Assembly: GCF_963921235.1 (NCBI RefSeq)
Contig: NC_086098.1
Coordinates: 237,646,001-237,710,000, forward strand
Length of the DNA stretch: 64,000 nucleotides
Direction of reading: 5' to 3'
Source of the DNA: Mobula hypostoma
Taxonomy: Eukaryota
The notes beneath the pieces were generated by a model. That model had not been told where the DNA came from. It was given only the letters and a program-made list of their open reading frames with translations, and did no database searches. Positions 1-12,900 of this stretch are shown here, piece by piece (positions within the stretch are counted from its first letter, which is position 1; every line of letters starts with the position of its first letter). Both the position numbers and the translations under genes were made by a program.

Positions 1-559
1 TCGGCTACTCAACCCTAATAGCCCTTTGAGCAGCTGGGGGTGAACCTCCTTCTTAATTCTGTGTTGTCCGTGATGATCTCACAGTGTGGTTGGGAGAGGC
101 TGCCGGGAATTAGACACGGCAACGATGAAAGAAAGGCGCTGTCTTTCCAAGTTGGGATGGTGAGCTGGGGAAATGATTGGAAGCGGCAAGATGGCTGCGA
201 GGAAAAGCGAGAAAACGGTCTGAGGAGCCGTATAGCCTCATGCGCTATTTCATTCTTTGCGTCGTTCTTCATCTGATATTGCTGTGGGCTTCTGGTTGTA
301 CAATATAGTTTGAGGATCAAAGATCAAACTTGTTCCCTATATACATTTATACGTATTACGAGTTTGTTGTAATTGCTACTCAGGGCACGACACGCAACAG
401 AAGTAAAAACTCTCAAATGTTATAAAAATAAAGATTGATATATAAATATTTAAAAGTGCATCGACTGATGTAAAGTTATTCACATAAAACCAAATGAAGT
501 CGCTAATAATATGTTCTTGGAAACCATGAATTCACAAAGCAACATCTCTCCTTCTCTAG

Positions 560-649
560 GCTGGTGTGTTCCCACTGCGATCCTCCTTGGGATCCTTGCC
601 TTCCTGGTTATCCTAATAATTATTCGGATCTCTAAACAGCGTAGATCAG
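560..649 (+). CDS. Transmembrane exon of a plus-strand membrane protein gene
   Basis: Acceptor atctctccttctctag|, donor TCAG|GTGAGG, phase 1-1. Translates as WCVPTAILLGILAFLVILIIIRISKQRRS. Confidence 0.8.
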
Positions 650-929
650 GTGAGGGTTAGCTTTTCCCAGACATATCCATATATCTATTAACAGTTACCG
701 CGGTCCCTGTTTCAAGGCATTGTGTGATCACTGCTCCCAATGGGTTTAGAAGGAGGGACGCGGGAAGGAGTTACGGCGGGGAGTGCGGCGAATTGGACTG
801 AAATTCCAGAGGGTAGAGATCCGAGGTCTCAATCCCTGAAAACCTCTTTTCTGCCATCAGTGGTGTCTCTATGTATGTTGCTTATATTAGTATTATTGCT
901 GATTTTTAATTTTTTTTTCCTGGATCAAT

Positions 930-2380
930 CTGGTAAAACCTGAGGTACGGATACAGCCAAGCATAGCCTCAATTGCTGGGAACTTTGTACTATTCTAGAG
1001 GTGTTTAGCATTGTCGTTCTCTGAAGATTTATAGAAATATTGCTGAGTAGACCTAAAAATTTAATCCTACCTTCTAGAGACTTTGAGGAGATACTCGTTG
1101 TTGATATCACTTATAGGTCATGGCATACCCTGATCCTGTTCTATAAACTTCCAATTTCCTCTTTTAATTCCGCATACATCTGGTGTTATTCACTTAATAA
1201 TTTCTCTATATTACGTGTGTTTGGAATGGCTATGTCTGTTAAGTAAGTTGTTCTTTCTTGTTTTTTTTTCCTGTAATATTATATCCAGGCAGCGACTGTG
1301 GATAGCCATATCAGTAATAATGCATCGGTCATAACATAATTTGTCAGACATTGACTCGAAAACTGAATTAGGCTTATATTTAGAGTAAGGTACAGTGCAC
1401 TTTATGCGTTTGGATGATATAACAAGATTTTGTTGAATGACAATTGATTGTGCTTGGGTAGGTAATCAGATTAAGATAAACTGCTAGAATGTTCTGGATT
1501 GTTTCCGGTGTTTCCGGGCATTTTCTGAATTTATCATCTTGAATTTGTTTGTATTTTGTTATATATTTTTGATATTATTCTGTTACTGACCTGGTCCTGT
1601 CTTCGCACAAGGAAGAGTTATTCAACTCTTAGCTAGGCATTCGACATTTCCTTTTCGACATCAGGTCTGCTCGGATCATGGAAAGTTTTCCATGGAGAGT
1701 TATGCTGTTCCATTGATTACCCTTTTCTTTTGTGATGATAATTTCTTCATTTTTTTCTGAAGTGTGATTTCATAGAAGTTTCGTATTGCACCCAATAGTG
1801 TTGTATAGCGTGGATACTGAATACTGTTTTCTGTGTCGAAAATATATCCTTAAAAGTTTTGTCTAACTGTTATGTAGATTTTTAATCTCTGTTATTCCTC
1901 TTCCTCCTTCTGTCCTAGGTAGTGTTAATCTAAGTACGTTCAAGTGTACAAAGTGTTTTCTAACATTTATCATTTCAGTTCTTATTTTTCCTTCTAAAAT
2001 TTCGGGACCGGTTTCAGACAAAGATATTATGCCAAATGAATGTGCTTATATTATACAGTGAAAGTGTTTATTCCCGTCGTTCTATTTTTACTTTGGGTGG
2101 AGTGGGTGGAGGTACATCCACCCCCTAACGTGGAGGGGGTGTAAGCTGCTCTTTTACTCCAATAGCTTGTAGATCAACCTCGGGCAAGTTGCAGCACTTG
2201 CTTGGTACATGGAATTCCATGACAGTGCGGTTTGTGTGTTTGGGAAATATTCTCATGCTGGGTGTCATTTTCAGACTTGGAAATGAATAAGAATGTCGCG
2301 ACACATATGAAAACCATTGGTGAATTTGAAAGTATTAGAAACTATTAGCAGAGTCCTACAGCTGGTATACTGGGGGCCAC
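930..2380 (-). mobile_element. Degenerate R4/Dong-like non-LTR retrotransposon 3' part (restriction-like endonuclease region)
   Basis: Minus-strand remnants resembling DIAIPNTxNIEK...YAELKEEI...VISTT and an upstream zinc-knuckle-like segment, with many stops and frameshifts. Confidence 0.5.
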
Positions 2381-2833
2381 TGTCATATTTGGATTGCTGG
2401 CATATAAGACATTTCAGAAACTAACTATTAGTTGGCCAGACCGAATAATAGTTCCAATTCGTGTTCTTTCAATATACAGGGAACCGTGGTCAATTAGCGA
2501 CGTACCAAGTACACGGCACTGCGGCTCAGGTACGTATGGTGACTGCAACCCGTTGTAAGTTTCACAAATTTGATGTTTGTGATTGGGTACAAAGAATGAT
2601 GAGTTTGAACGGAGTCCACAGGGAATTATGAAACGGAAGCCGTACTTTACTAATCTGCTGAGGTTACTTAAGAGGTTATCTCGCAGAGGAAGGTTGGCAC
2701 AGTCGTGACTGTTGAAAAATGGTAGATCGTGCTGTGCAATATCTTTGATTGCCAATGTTTGCTATACATTCCAGTCCCAAGCACCGATCCTTTACGCCTC
2801 TCTCGAGTTCGCTGCATCATCCTTACCCCGCAG

Positions 2834-2925
2834 ATGAGAATCTGGTTGGAGAGTACGAAGAAGTGGACCGAATCTGGGGTCACACTGAAACCCACAGAAC
2901 GAATCATCTGACGCTGATGGATTGA
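2834..2925 (+). CDS. Probable terminal cytoplasmic exon of the plus-strand gene (YEEV motif)
   Basis: Acceptor catcatccttaccccgcag|. The phase-1 join to exon 560-649 gives DENLVGEYEEVDRIWGHTETHRTNHLTLMD*. AATAAA at 3115-3120. Confidence 0.6.
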
Positions 2926-3460
2926 CAAGATTTCTGCGGCTCATTTGATATGTGAATATAATGTTGGACTAATATTGATGTCGTGATTTTGGCATATTCT
3001 AAACGTATGTGAAGAACAGAGGCTTTTTTCATAGTTTCCGTAAGTCTCATCTCAAAGCTTTCCTCTGTGTTATCATTTTGGATTGTCCTTTGTATAAAAA
3101 ATATATTATAACATAATAAAAATCTGAATTTCATTTATAAATAGTCACTTTATTCTGCCTGTGGTTACAACTTACGCTGCAGCTCAACGATTGTGCATTG
3201 TGCCTTATAAGATTGCCTTTATATTTGTTGCACTTCTTTGTGTTTCCATTGTGCTTTATGCTGCGTCGAATCGGGAGTAATTATCATTATTTTTGATGTA
3301 GCTAAATAATGACAATAAACAATCTTGACCCTTGAATTCTGAGCTGTCGAGACCGCTGTTTGAACAACAAGCGATGCACTTGGCAGGGAAGTTAAACGCC
3401 CGCATCTGACGAAGAGGTCTTTGGCCTGAGAGGGAAAACATCGTGGTTTTAAACCAAAAA

Positions 3461-4020
3461 CCATAAGACCCCATGACATAGAAATCGAATTAGGCCATTC
3501 GGCCCATCGAGCTTCCTCCGCTATTCCATCATGACGAATTTATTATCGTTTTCACTACGCCATTCTTCTGCATTTTTCCCGGAACCTTTGACATCCTTAC
3601 TAATCAACAAACAATCAAACTCTGCTTTAAATATGCTCAAAGCTTGGCCTCCACAATCGTCCGTGGCAATGAATTCTATAGATTCATCACCCTCTCGGTA
3701 AAGAAATTCTCCTCATCTCTATTCTAATGGGACGACCCTCTATTCTGAGGTTGTGCCGTTGGCCTTAGTCTTTCCCACTGTATGACACATCATCTCCAAG
3801 TCCGCTGTATCTGTACCTTTCATTGTTCAGTATGTTCTACTGAGACTCCCCCCCCCCCCATTCTGCTAAACTACAACCATCAAATGCTCCTCATCCGTTC
3901 ACCATTTCATTCCCGAAATTAATGTCGTCAACCTTCTCTGGAACCTCTCCAATGTCAGCTCATTCTTTCCTAGATAAGGGGACCAAATTGCTCACAAATC
4001 ACCAAGGGTCATCTGACCAA
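3461..4020 (-). mobile_element. CR1-type LINE 3' fragment
   Basis: Reverse copy of the CR1 3' end (ataagacc...taggccattcggccc) that recurs throughout the window. Confidence 0.6.
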
Positions 4021-5851
4021 AGTCTACCTGAGAAGATTTACAAGAAGCATTACTCAAACCGGGTTTAAAGTTTCAGAACGATCTTCCGCTTCTATTTAAC
4101 AGTTTGGAAATAACGTTGCCGGAATGTAATACCGAGGACTTATTAGGCACTGGTGAGGTCTTATCTTGAGAATTGTAAACTGTTTCGGGCTCCTTATCTA
4201 TGAAAAGATGTGCTGGCATTGGGGAGGGTTCAGAGGAGGCTCATAAGGATGATTCTGTGAATGAAAGTGTTATCATATGTGGAGCGTTTGATGGCTCTGG
4301 AGCTGTACTCGCAGGATTTAGAAGGAAGAGTGCAGGGGATCTCATTAAAAGTTTTTCAATGTTCAAAGGCCTAGACATGGTGGATATGGAAAGGATGTTT
4401 GCCTTGTTAGGGGAGCTTAGGACAAGAGGGCACAGCCCCAAGATAGAGGAGCGTCCGTTTAAAAGAGATGCAGAGAATTTATTTAGCTAGAGGGCGGTGA
4501 ATTTCCAGAATTTGTTACCATGGGCGGCTATGGCCATGTCGTTGGGTGTATTTAAGGCGGAGATTCATATATCCTTGATCGGCCGTGGCATTAAAGGTTA
4601 CAGGGAGTACGCCAGGGAGTGGGACTGAGGGGGGTCGATGTGGGAACGGCCAGCCACGGTGTTAGAAGAATAGAGAGAGATTGGATTAAGTTTCTAAGGT
4701 GTTACTGGCGGTATTTAGGGAGTATCGAACAGGAGGAGGCAGGGCCAGGTTTTCAGGAGTGACGTTATGGAATTCTTTGTATCAGAGGCTAGAAGAAATG
4801 TAAAGTACTCTGGAGGAAAAGGCAAAGAAAGTTGAAAAATTCTTTCGCTAAAATCTGCTGCTCAACGTTTTGTTATTAACTGTGGATAGACGGATCAGTC
4901 CGAATGGCCTCTTCACGCCGATCATATATCTTATTTCCACCTGGAGGAAAAGGCTCAAAAATATGAATTTCCCATATCTCCATCTTCTGGTTAATAGATG
5001 AAACCTTTGTCTCTTCAGAACCGCACTGAGCCTCGACTGAAGGGAAACAACATCGCAAAACGTTTAGGCTGATGAAGTGAAGATTGACTAAATGTCAGTT
5101 CTAGAATTTATTGTTATTTCTGGTAATATTAATGTATGTGTTGTGTAGGAGGTATACGTACTCTGCTGTACGCCTTCTCCGGAAGGACCGACTTTTCATT
5201 TGGCTGCCTACATGGGTACGATTTGAACTAAATCCTCCCACACTTACCATAAGAGTAGCAAATATTTTTAGATCTAAAGCAGTGCGTCTGCAGACGGCAA
5301 TCAAACTGAGTTCATTGTGTTTCTTGCCGAATGTGTTTTCATTGTGTAAGTATTTTACCCAGTGTTTTCTTAATCAGAGGAAGCTCCCAGCAAAATTGGA
5401 GACCAATGCCATGAATATATTGATAGTGGTGGGTTCAAAGACACTCCATCCTTTCGCCCATTCTCCCCTTCCCTCCCCCAATACCAGCCCCAGTTCCAAG
5501 CTCTTAGTTGTGGGCTCCACTGACCTTCGCACATCAGCAGTGATACAAGCAACCTGCTAAGTGTGTGAATTGGCCCAGTTTTGAGATTCACTATCAGAAT
5601 CAGGATTAATAACACTTGCATATTTCGTGAAATCTGTTGACTTGCGGCAGCAGAAAATTTCAATACATATTAATAAAAACTATAAATTAAGAAGCAGATA
5701 TAAGAATTAAATTAAATATTTGGTGCATAAACAGAGGAAAAATAATGATGTAGTGTAATGGGTTCATTATCCATTCAGCATCTGATGGTAGAGTCGAAGA
5801 GTCTGTCCTGAAACGGTGTGAGTGTCATCAGCCTCCTGTAACTCCTCCTTG

Positions 5852-7145
5852 AGTCATGGTCCGGTCCGTGAATTCCGCATTCCGTTTCACGGTCCGAGTT
5901 ATCGATCCTTACTTTGGGTTTTACTGTTTCCCTTGTTTCATTTGCTGCCTTAATTGAGGCACCTGATTCGCGTTTTGGGGTGATACATAAATACCTCTGC
6001 AAACCAAGTGTTCCCTGCTGGACTGTCCACTTCCCCTCCCTATCCGAATCCCTGACAGTTACCTCGGCAGTCACCTCGGCAAGTATCCTCAGCAATCAAC
6101 CCGGCTCTGTGTCCGAGAAAGGGTCACGGTCCTGCGTCCTAGAAAGGGTCCCGGCCCCGCGGTCCAAGAAGGAGTTCCGGCTCCGTACCCAAGGACATAA
6201 ACAAGCCGAGTCAAAAGACCGAGCCTAGCCTGGTCGAAGAGCCAACTCCTGCACAGTACAAGGCACATAGACAGGACGAGATCACAAAGCCTTGACTTGG
6301 ACAGGAAGAGATTCTTGAGCTACGCTTAGACAAGTCGAGGTCTACGACTTGTCTTGGACTAGAAGAGGTACTTCGACGTGGGTTGGACTAGACCAGGTAC
6401 TTGGAGGTGGTTTGGACCAGACGAGGTACTTGGACGTGGTTTGGACTAGACCAGGTACTTGCACGTGGCTTTGACTAGACGAGGTTCTTGGATATGGCTT
6501 GGACTGGACGAGGATCTTGGACGTGGCATGGACTGGACAAGCTTCCTGCACGTGGCTTGGACTGGACGAGGTTCTTGGAAGTGGCTTGGATGAGTCTAAA
6601 TTATTGTAAGTGGCTTGGATGAGTCTAAATTATTGGATGTGGCTTGGACTAGGCGAGGGCCTCCTGGACTGCACGAGGGAACTCCAGCACAGGACGAGAG
6701 AACGCCAGCACAGGACGAGGGAGCTCTAGCACCAGGCTGGGCAAGGTACTCCTGGGCAGGACTTGGCTCTTGGTCAAGGCTAGGCTCAGCCGTTTGATTC
6801 GGCTTGGTTAAGTCCTTGGGTACGGAGCCGGGACTCCTTCTTGGAGCGCAGGGCCGGGAACCTATCTAGGACGCAGGGCTTGGATGACTGCCGAGGATAC
6901 TTGCCGAGGTGACTGCCGAGGTAAACTTCCGAGGTAACTGTCGGGGATTCGGATGGGGATGGGAAGGGAACAGTCCAGCAGGGAACCCTTGGTTTGCAGA
7001 GGTATTTATGTGCCAGCCAAAAACGGGAATCAGGTGTCTAAATTAAGTGACAGAATGGAACAAGGGAAAACAGAAAAAACCGGAATAAGGATCGATGAAC
7101 CGGACCGTGAACGGGAAAGCAGTTTTCACGGACCGAAATATGGCA
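5852..7145. mobile_element. Fold-back (inverted) derivative of the tandem-repeat LTR family, with 5-bp TSD CCTTG
   Basis: 5852-6257 and 6753-7145 are imperfect inverted repeats of about 400 bp, and both are LTR 5' ends. CCTTG flanks the element at 5847-5851 and 7146-7150, and the interrupted host repeat resumes across it. Confidence 0.8.
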
Positions 7146-8992
7146 CCTTGATGGCAGCAATGAGAAGGAGTCATGTCAATTTTATTGGCCTTGCCCTGCT
7201 ACATACCTCGTGGGTATCTTCTGAGTACCTTATGACCATGATGTAATTGGGTATCTTGGGAGCATGATGTAAAGGTCTTGTGATGGTGGTGTGATGTAAT
7301 TTACCGCCCGTGTGATGTCACGTGATCACATGTCCTCAACGGGTATATAACGGGAAACCCCTATAGTTATGCAGTTTATTTCCTTGTTTAATTCGTCAGT
7401 TACTCCGTTATCCTGCGTATTTGTCTCATGACGCAGTTTCGTTTTAAAGTGGAGTTTTACTTTCTATTCTAAGTCTGGTATTGCAGAGTGAAGACCTTAC
7501 TAATGTACGGGAATCTGAAGGATTGAGTAAAGTTTTTATCCTTCGGCGGTTTAATACAGGATCGACTTATTGAATCTCCGTTTAGAAACAATGACCTGCA
7601 TCTGAGATAACCCCTGTAATATCAGGAAGGTTTGTGCAGTGTCCATTCGCCAGAAAAAGGTCAGTTCCTTTAAGCCGTTTTATTTCTTTCGTCGTGAATC
7701 CGTTGGACAGAATCAGCAATAACGTCACGTCCTCTAAGAAATCCGTTTTCAGAGAAGTCTCTCCTAATTGACTGTGTATGTCACTTGGACTTTCGGATTT
7801 ACCATTTTAAGACTGTGCTTCAATTTACCACTTTAAGACTGTGTTCGAATTTACCACTTTAAGAATTGTTCCAGAGTGGCCGTATAGCAGTTAATTTCCG
7901 GTTAAGTTAGTGGTTTGAATAATTTTCGCTACTGTTGAGCAAAGTTTAATAAATGTTGTGCTTGTTTCTAAAACCTAACTCAATTCTATATTCATTATTG
8001 CTGGTCACGTGACAATAGTGGGGGCTGGTCCAGGATGGTTCCGATTTTGAGCTTCAGTGCTTGTTTAACTATCAATCTGATTTGGAAAAGGGAAATACCC
8101 GATACTTTTGTTTGATTGGTCTGTGGGTGGTATTCGGCAGCAATGAATATTGACAACTTTATGGCATCGCCAGACCCGGAGTTATTAGCGACGGAGAAAA
8201 AGTGTGATGTATCCGAGCTTGCTAAAGGTTGGGCCTTAAAAACATTAGGAAGGTTACAGCATGGCCAGTAATTCAGAGGAAAATAGCGGCACACGATAAA
8301 GAGTCGGTATTTTAGATGAAGAAGTGTCAAATATGTTTCAAATGAGTAATCTAGAGATGCAATTACATATTGAACAGATAAAGTTGAAATTATTTAAAGC
8401 CGACATGGCCGGAAGTGAAGCCAATAGGATCAAGGAACTCGAAGTGAGAGAAGAAGATAAACATAAGGAATGCGCAGCTAGAGAAGCAGACAATAAGAGG
8501 GAATTTGAGATAGCGATGGAGTAATTAAAGATGAAGAATCAGCCCTCAGGTTTTAGGAAACAGTATGTTGCTGTTCGGGAAGTTATATTGGCTCCTGCAT
8601 TTAATGAAACAGAAGTGGACAAATATTTCCAACATTTTTAAACTTTTGCTCTGATTTCTGAGTGGCTGGAAGAGAAATGGCCAGTGATGTTACAACCTGT
8701 AATTCAAGGTAAGGCTTAACAGGTTTATGCAGCTTTAACTGCTGAGCAAGAACTTGATTATGATATTGTGAAAAAGCATATACTGAAAGCGTATCAACTG
8801 GTTCCTTAGGGTTATAGAGAATGATTCCGAATTTGAAGAAATCCGTTGAAAAAAATTACGTGGAATTTACCTATGATAAATCTGTGTGCTTTGAGCGAAA
8901 GATTTCTTCTAAAAATGTGAATGGGGAGCATAATAAATTAAAAGGGGTGATTTTATTGGAGGAATTTAAAAGAATCATCCCGGTTTAAGTAA

Positions 8993-9920
8993 ATCAGCAA
9001 ATTTGCTGATGATACAAAGATTGGAGGTGTAGTGAACAGTGAGGAAGGATTTCAAAGCTTGCAAAGGGATTTGGACCAGCTGGAAAAATGGGCTGAAAAA
9101 TGGCAGATGGAGCTTGATACAGACAAGTGTGAGGTATAGCACTTTGGAAGGACAAACCAAGGTAGAACATACAGGGTTAATGGTAAGGCACTGAGGAGTG
9201 CAGAAGAACAGAGGGATCTGGGAATACAGATACAAAATTCCCTAAAAGTGGTGTCACGGGTAGATAGGGTCGTAAAGAGAGCTTCCAGTACATTGGACTT
9301 TATTAACGAAAGTATCGAGTATAAGAGCTGGAATGTTATAATGAGCTTGTATAAGGCATTGGTGAGACCGAATCTGGCGTATGGTGTTGATTTTTGGTCA
9401 CCAAATTACAGGAAGGATATTAATATGGTTCAAAGAGTGTAGAGAAGGTTTACAAGGATGTTGCAGGGACTTGAGAAACTCAGTTACAGAGAAAGGTTGA
9501 ATAGGTTAGGACTTTATTCCCTGCAGCGTAGAAGAATGAGGGGAGATTTGATAGAGTTATATAAAATTATGATGGTATAGATAGGGTGAGTGCAAGCAGG
9601 CTTTTTTCAACTGAGGCAAGGGGAGAAAAAAAAACAAAGACATAGGTTAAGAGTGAAGGGGTTAAAGTTTAAAGGGAACATTAGGGTGGGGGCTTCTTCA
9701 CACAGAGAGTGGTGGGAGAGGGGAATGAGCTGCCAGACGAAGTGGTAAATGCGGGTTCTTTTTTAACATTTAAAAATAAATTGGACAGATACATGGATGG
9801 GAGGGGTATGGATCCGTGTGCAGGTCAGTGGGACTAGGCAGAAAATAGTTCGGCACATCCAAGAAGGGCCAAAAGGCCTGTTCCTGCGCTATAGTTTTTT
9901 CTATGGTTTCTATGGTTTCT
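8993..9920 (+). mobile_element. 5'-truncated CR1 LINE nested in the Gypsy gag
   Basis: Starts at ISKFADDTK (RT C-terminus) and ends in a (CTATGGTTT)n tail. The gag frame LEEFKRIIPV... resumes as VRAYLN...DSAKLAAEYAL after it. Confidence 0.9.
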
Positions 9921-12900
9921 TAAGGGCATACTTAAATTAGCGGGACACTGCTACTTTGCAGGACTCTGCTAAATTAGCAGCTGAGTATGCTTTAATCCAG
10001 AAGAGTAAATTTCCTCTGGGAAATTTAAAAGGAAAATTAGCACACGGAGTCAAGGTAAACGGGAACTTAAATCAGTAGTTAGTGAGAAAGTTAATGATGA
10101 AGGGAAAACGTGTGAAGGAAAGACAATTTTGTCCTATTGTAATTACTGTAAGAAACCTGGTCACTTAATAGCTTACTGTTTCCGATTGAAGGAGAAGGAA
10201 GTAGTCCCATATGCTTGTGTGCAACATATTGAAACACTTGTAAATCCACAGGGTTCGATAAATACAAATCAAGCTTTGTTAGAGTCTGACCAAGTTAAGA
10301 GGGGATATGACCATCTCATAACCGATGGATTTGCATACTTGAAAGAGGGATCCACACTAGTGACAATAAAAATCGTTAGGGATACTGGAGCTTCTCAGTC
10401 ATTTGTATTAGACAGTGTTCTAAAGTTTAGTGATGAGTCTGACATTATGAGTTAAACTCCATACGAGGTGCTGGGAGTGCCCTTATGCCTGTGCATTTGC
10501 ATAAAGTAAATTTAAGGTCAGGGTTAGTTACAGGAATTGTTAAAGTAGGATTACAACCCAGTTTATCTGTGTGTGATCTTTCTTTATAGTTAGGAAATGT
10601 TTTAGAAGTGGACAAGTTTTTCCTGAAGTGCACTTGAAATAAAGCTCATTTCTTTGGAATCGAAGGTGTATTCTAGCCCGGATTCCTCCTGTGTTGTAAC
10701 CAGAGCTAAGGCTAAAAAGATTGATGTGCAGAATGGGGCTATTACCCATGACTGTTCAACTCGGGAATCAGATTTTGAAGATGTGTCAGAAACTTTCTTA
10801 TCTCATTGTTTGATCAACATTCTTGTAATAACTCTGAGCATGAAAAATTGTCTCTGTCTCGGAAGGAGATGACAGCAGAGCAGAGTGGAGACCCTGAGAT
10901 TATCAAATTAAAGGAACAAGCTCTTTCCGATAATGAAACTGAGAAGGTGCCTCCAAGATATTATTTTGAGAAGGGAATATTAATGAGTAAGTGGAGATCA
11001 CCTGCAATTCCTAAAAGTGAGGAATGGAAGGTTTTTCACCAGGTAGTAGTTCCTAAAGTTTATCGGAATGCGATTTTAACTATGGTTCATAGTATGCCCT
11101 TAGGTTTTCATCGAGGTGTGAAGAAATATGTGAACAAGGTTTTAAACATTTTTATTGGCCTGGTTTAAGAAAAGATGTGGCGACATTTTGCACACCGTGT
11201 CATACTTGCCAGATAGTGGGTAAACCTAATCAAGTTACTCGAGTGGCCCCACTGCAACCTATTCCCGCATTTGGTGAACCGTTTTCCAAAATCATTATAG
11301 ATTGTGTCGGACCATTGCCAAAAACCAAAACTGGCCATAAATATTTGCTGACTAGCATGTGCACAGCGTCTAGGTTTCCAGAAGCAATACCATTTAGGAA
11401 TATAATGGCTAAAGCTGTATTAAAGTCTCTTACAAAATTCATTACTTACTTTGGGTTGCCAAAGGAAATATAATTTCATCAATTTAGTAATTTTATGTCT
11501 GGATTGTTCCAGCAGATGGCTTATAAACTGGGAGCAAAACAGATTACCTCGTCTGCATACCATCCAGAATCGCAAGGAGCCTTAGAGAGGTTCCACTCTA
11601 CCCTCAAAACTATGATTAGTTTGTATAGTGTGGAAAATGACAATAATTGGGAAGAGGGCGGTCATTTACTTTTATTTGCAGTACAGGAATCAGTGCAGGA
11701 ATCCCTAGATTTTAGTCCTTTTGAACTTGTGTTTGGCCATAGAGTTAGAGGACCTTTGGCTTTGTTAAAAGAACACTGGATTAATAAAGAGGTACATTCT
11801 AGTTTGCTGGATTACGTTTTAACATTTCAGGAAAGATTGCATAAAGCTTGTAGCTTAGCTAAGGATAATTTAAATCGGATCAGGAGAAAATGAAAACTTG
11901 GTATGATAAGAACGTTAAAATGAGGTCATGTAAGCCTGTAGATAAGGTGTTGGTTCTTTTCCCGGTGCAAATGAACCCTTTAAAAGCTAAATTTCATGGT
12001 CATTGTGAGGTTATATCTAAATTTAATGATGTGGATTATGTGATAAAAGCACCAGATCGAAGAAGGTCAATACAGCCTTGTCATATAAATATCGTAAAAC
12101 CTTAATATGAGAAACAGTCTTCTACTACAACTGTTGTGGTCAATAATAATGAGCCTGATCCCACTAGCAACTTAATGGATGATAAATCTGAAACTCATTT
12201 TAAACCGAACAATTTTCTACCAGGTTAGCAAACTCAACAAATCTGGAAAATATTGACGAGAATTTAGCTTATTGACAGCCAGAGCAGAGGCAGCAGATGA
12301 AGCAGTTAAATTTTAAATATAGGGATTTATTTCCAGACGTTCCTTAAAGAACTACAGTAGAGTCACATGATGTAGAAGTTGAATATGCCATACCCGTGAT
12401 GCAACATCCATATCGGATGAACATGGAGAAATGTGAACTTGCTAAACAAGAAATTAAGTATATGTTTAGGAATAATATTATTAGACCTTCTAATTTGAAT
12501 TGGAGTTCACCGTGTGTTATGGTGCCTTAGTCAGATAGTAGTATTCGGTTTTGTAATGATTACAGGAAGGTGAATGCTGTGACAGAAACTGGTGCATATC
12601 CAATCCCTAGAGTGGACGATTATGTGGATAAAGTGGGGAAAGCAAATTTCCTTCCAAAGGTAGATTTTTTAAAAGGTTATTGGTGTATTCCATTGACGGA
12701 TAGAGGTAGAGAGATTTCTGCATTTGTAATCCCATCTGGTTGAAATGAATATAATGTTCTTACCTTTATGAGGAAGAATGCACCAGGTACTTTCCAATGG
12801 ATGATTAATTCTGTGATTCATGGGTTAAAAGATACAGATGCTTATATTGATGATTTAGTTACAGGAAATGATACTTAGGAAGCTCAGATTACTCCGGTGG

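Noticed and set aside
80-118. CACAGTG heptamer as a recombination signal sequence
   Set aside because: No nonamer-like sequence at a 12 or 23 spacer.
6300-6750. Short direct repeats resembling a CRISPR array
   Set aside because: Eukaryotic LTR-internal tandem repeats without unique spacers.
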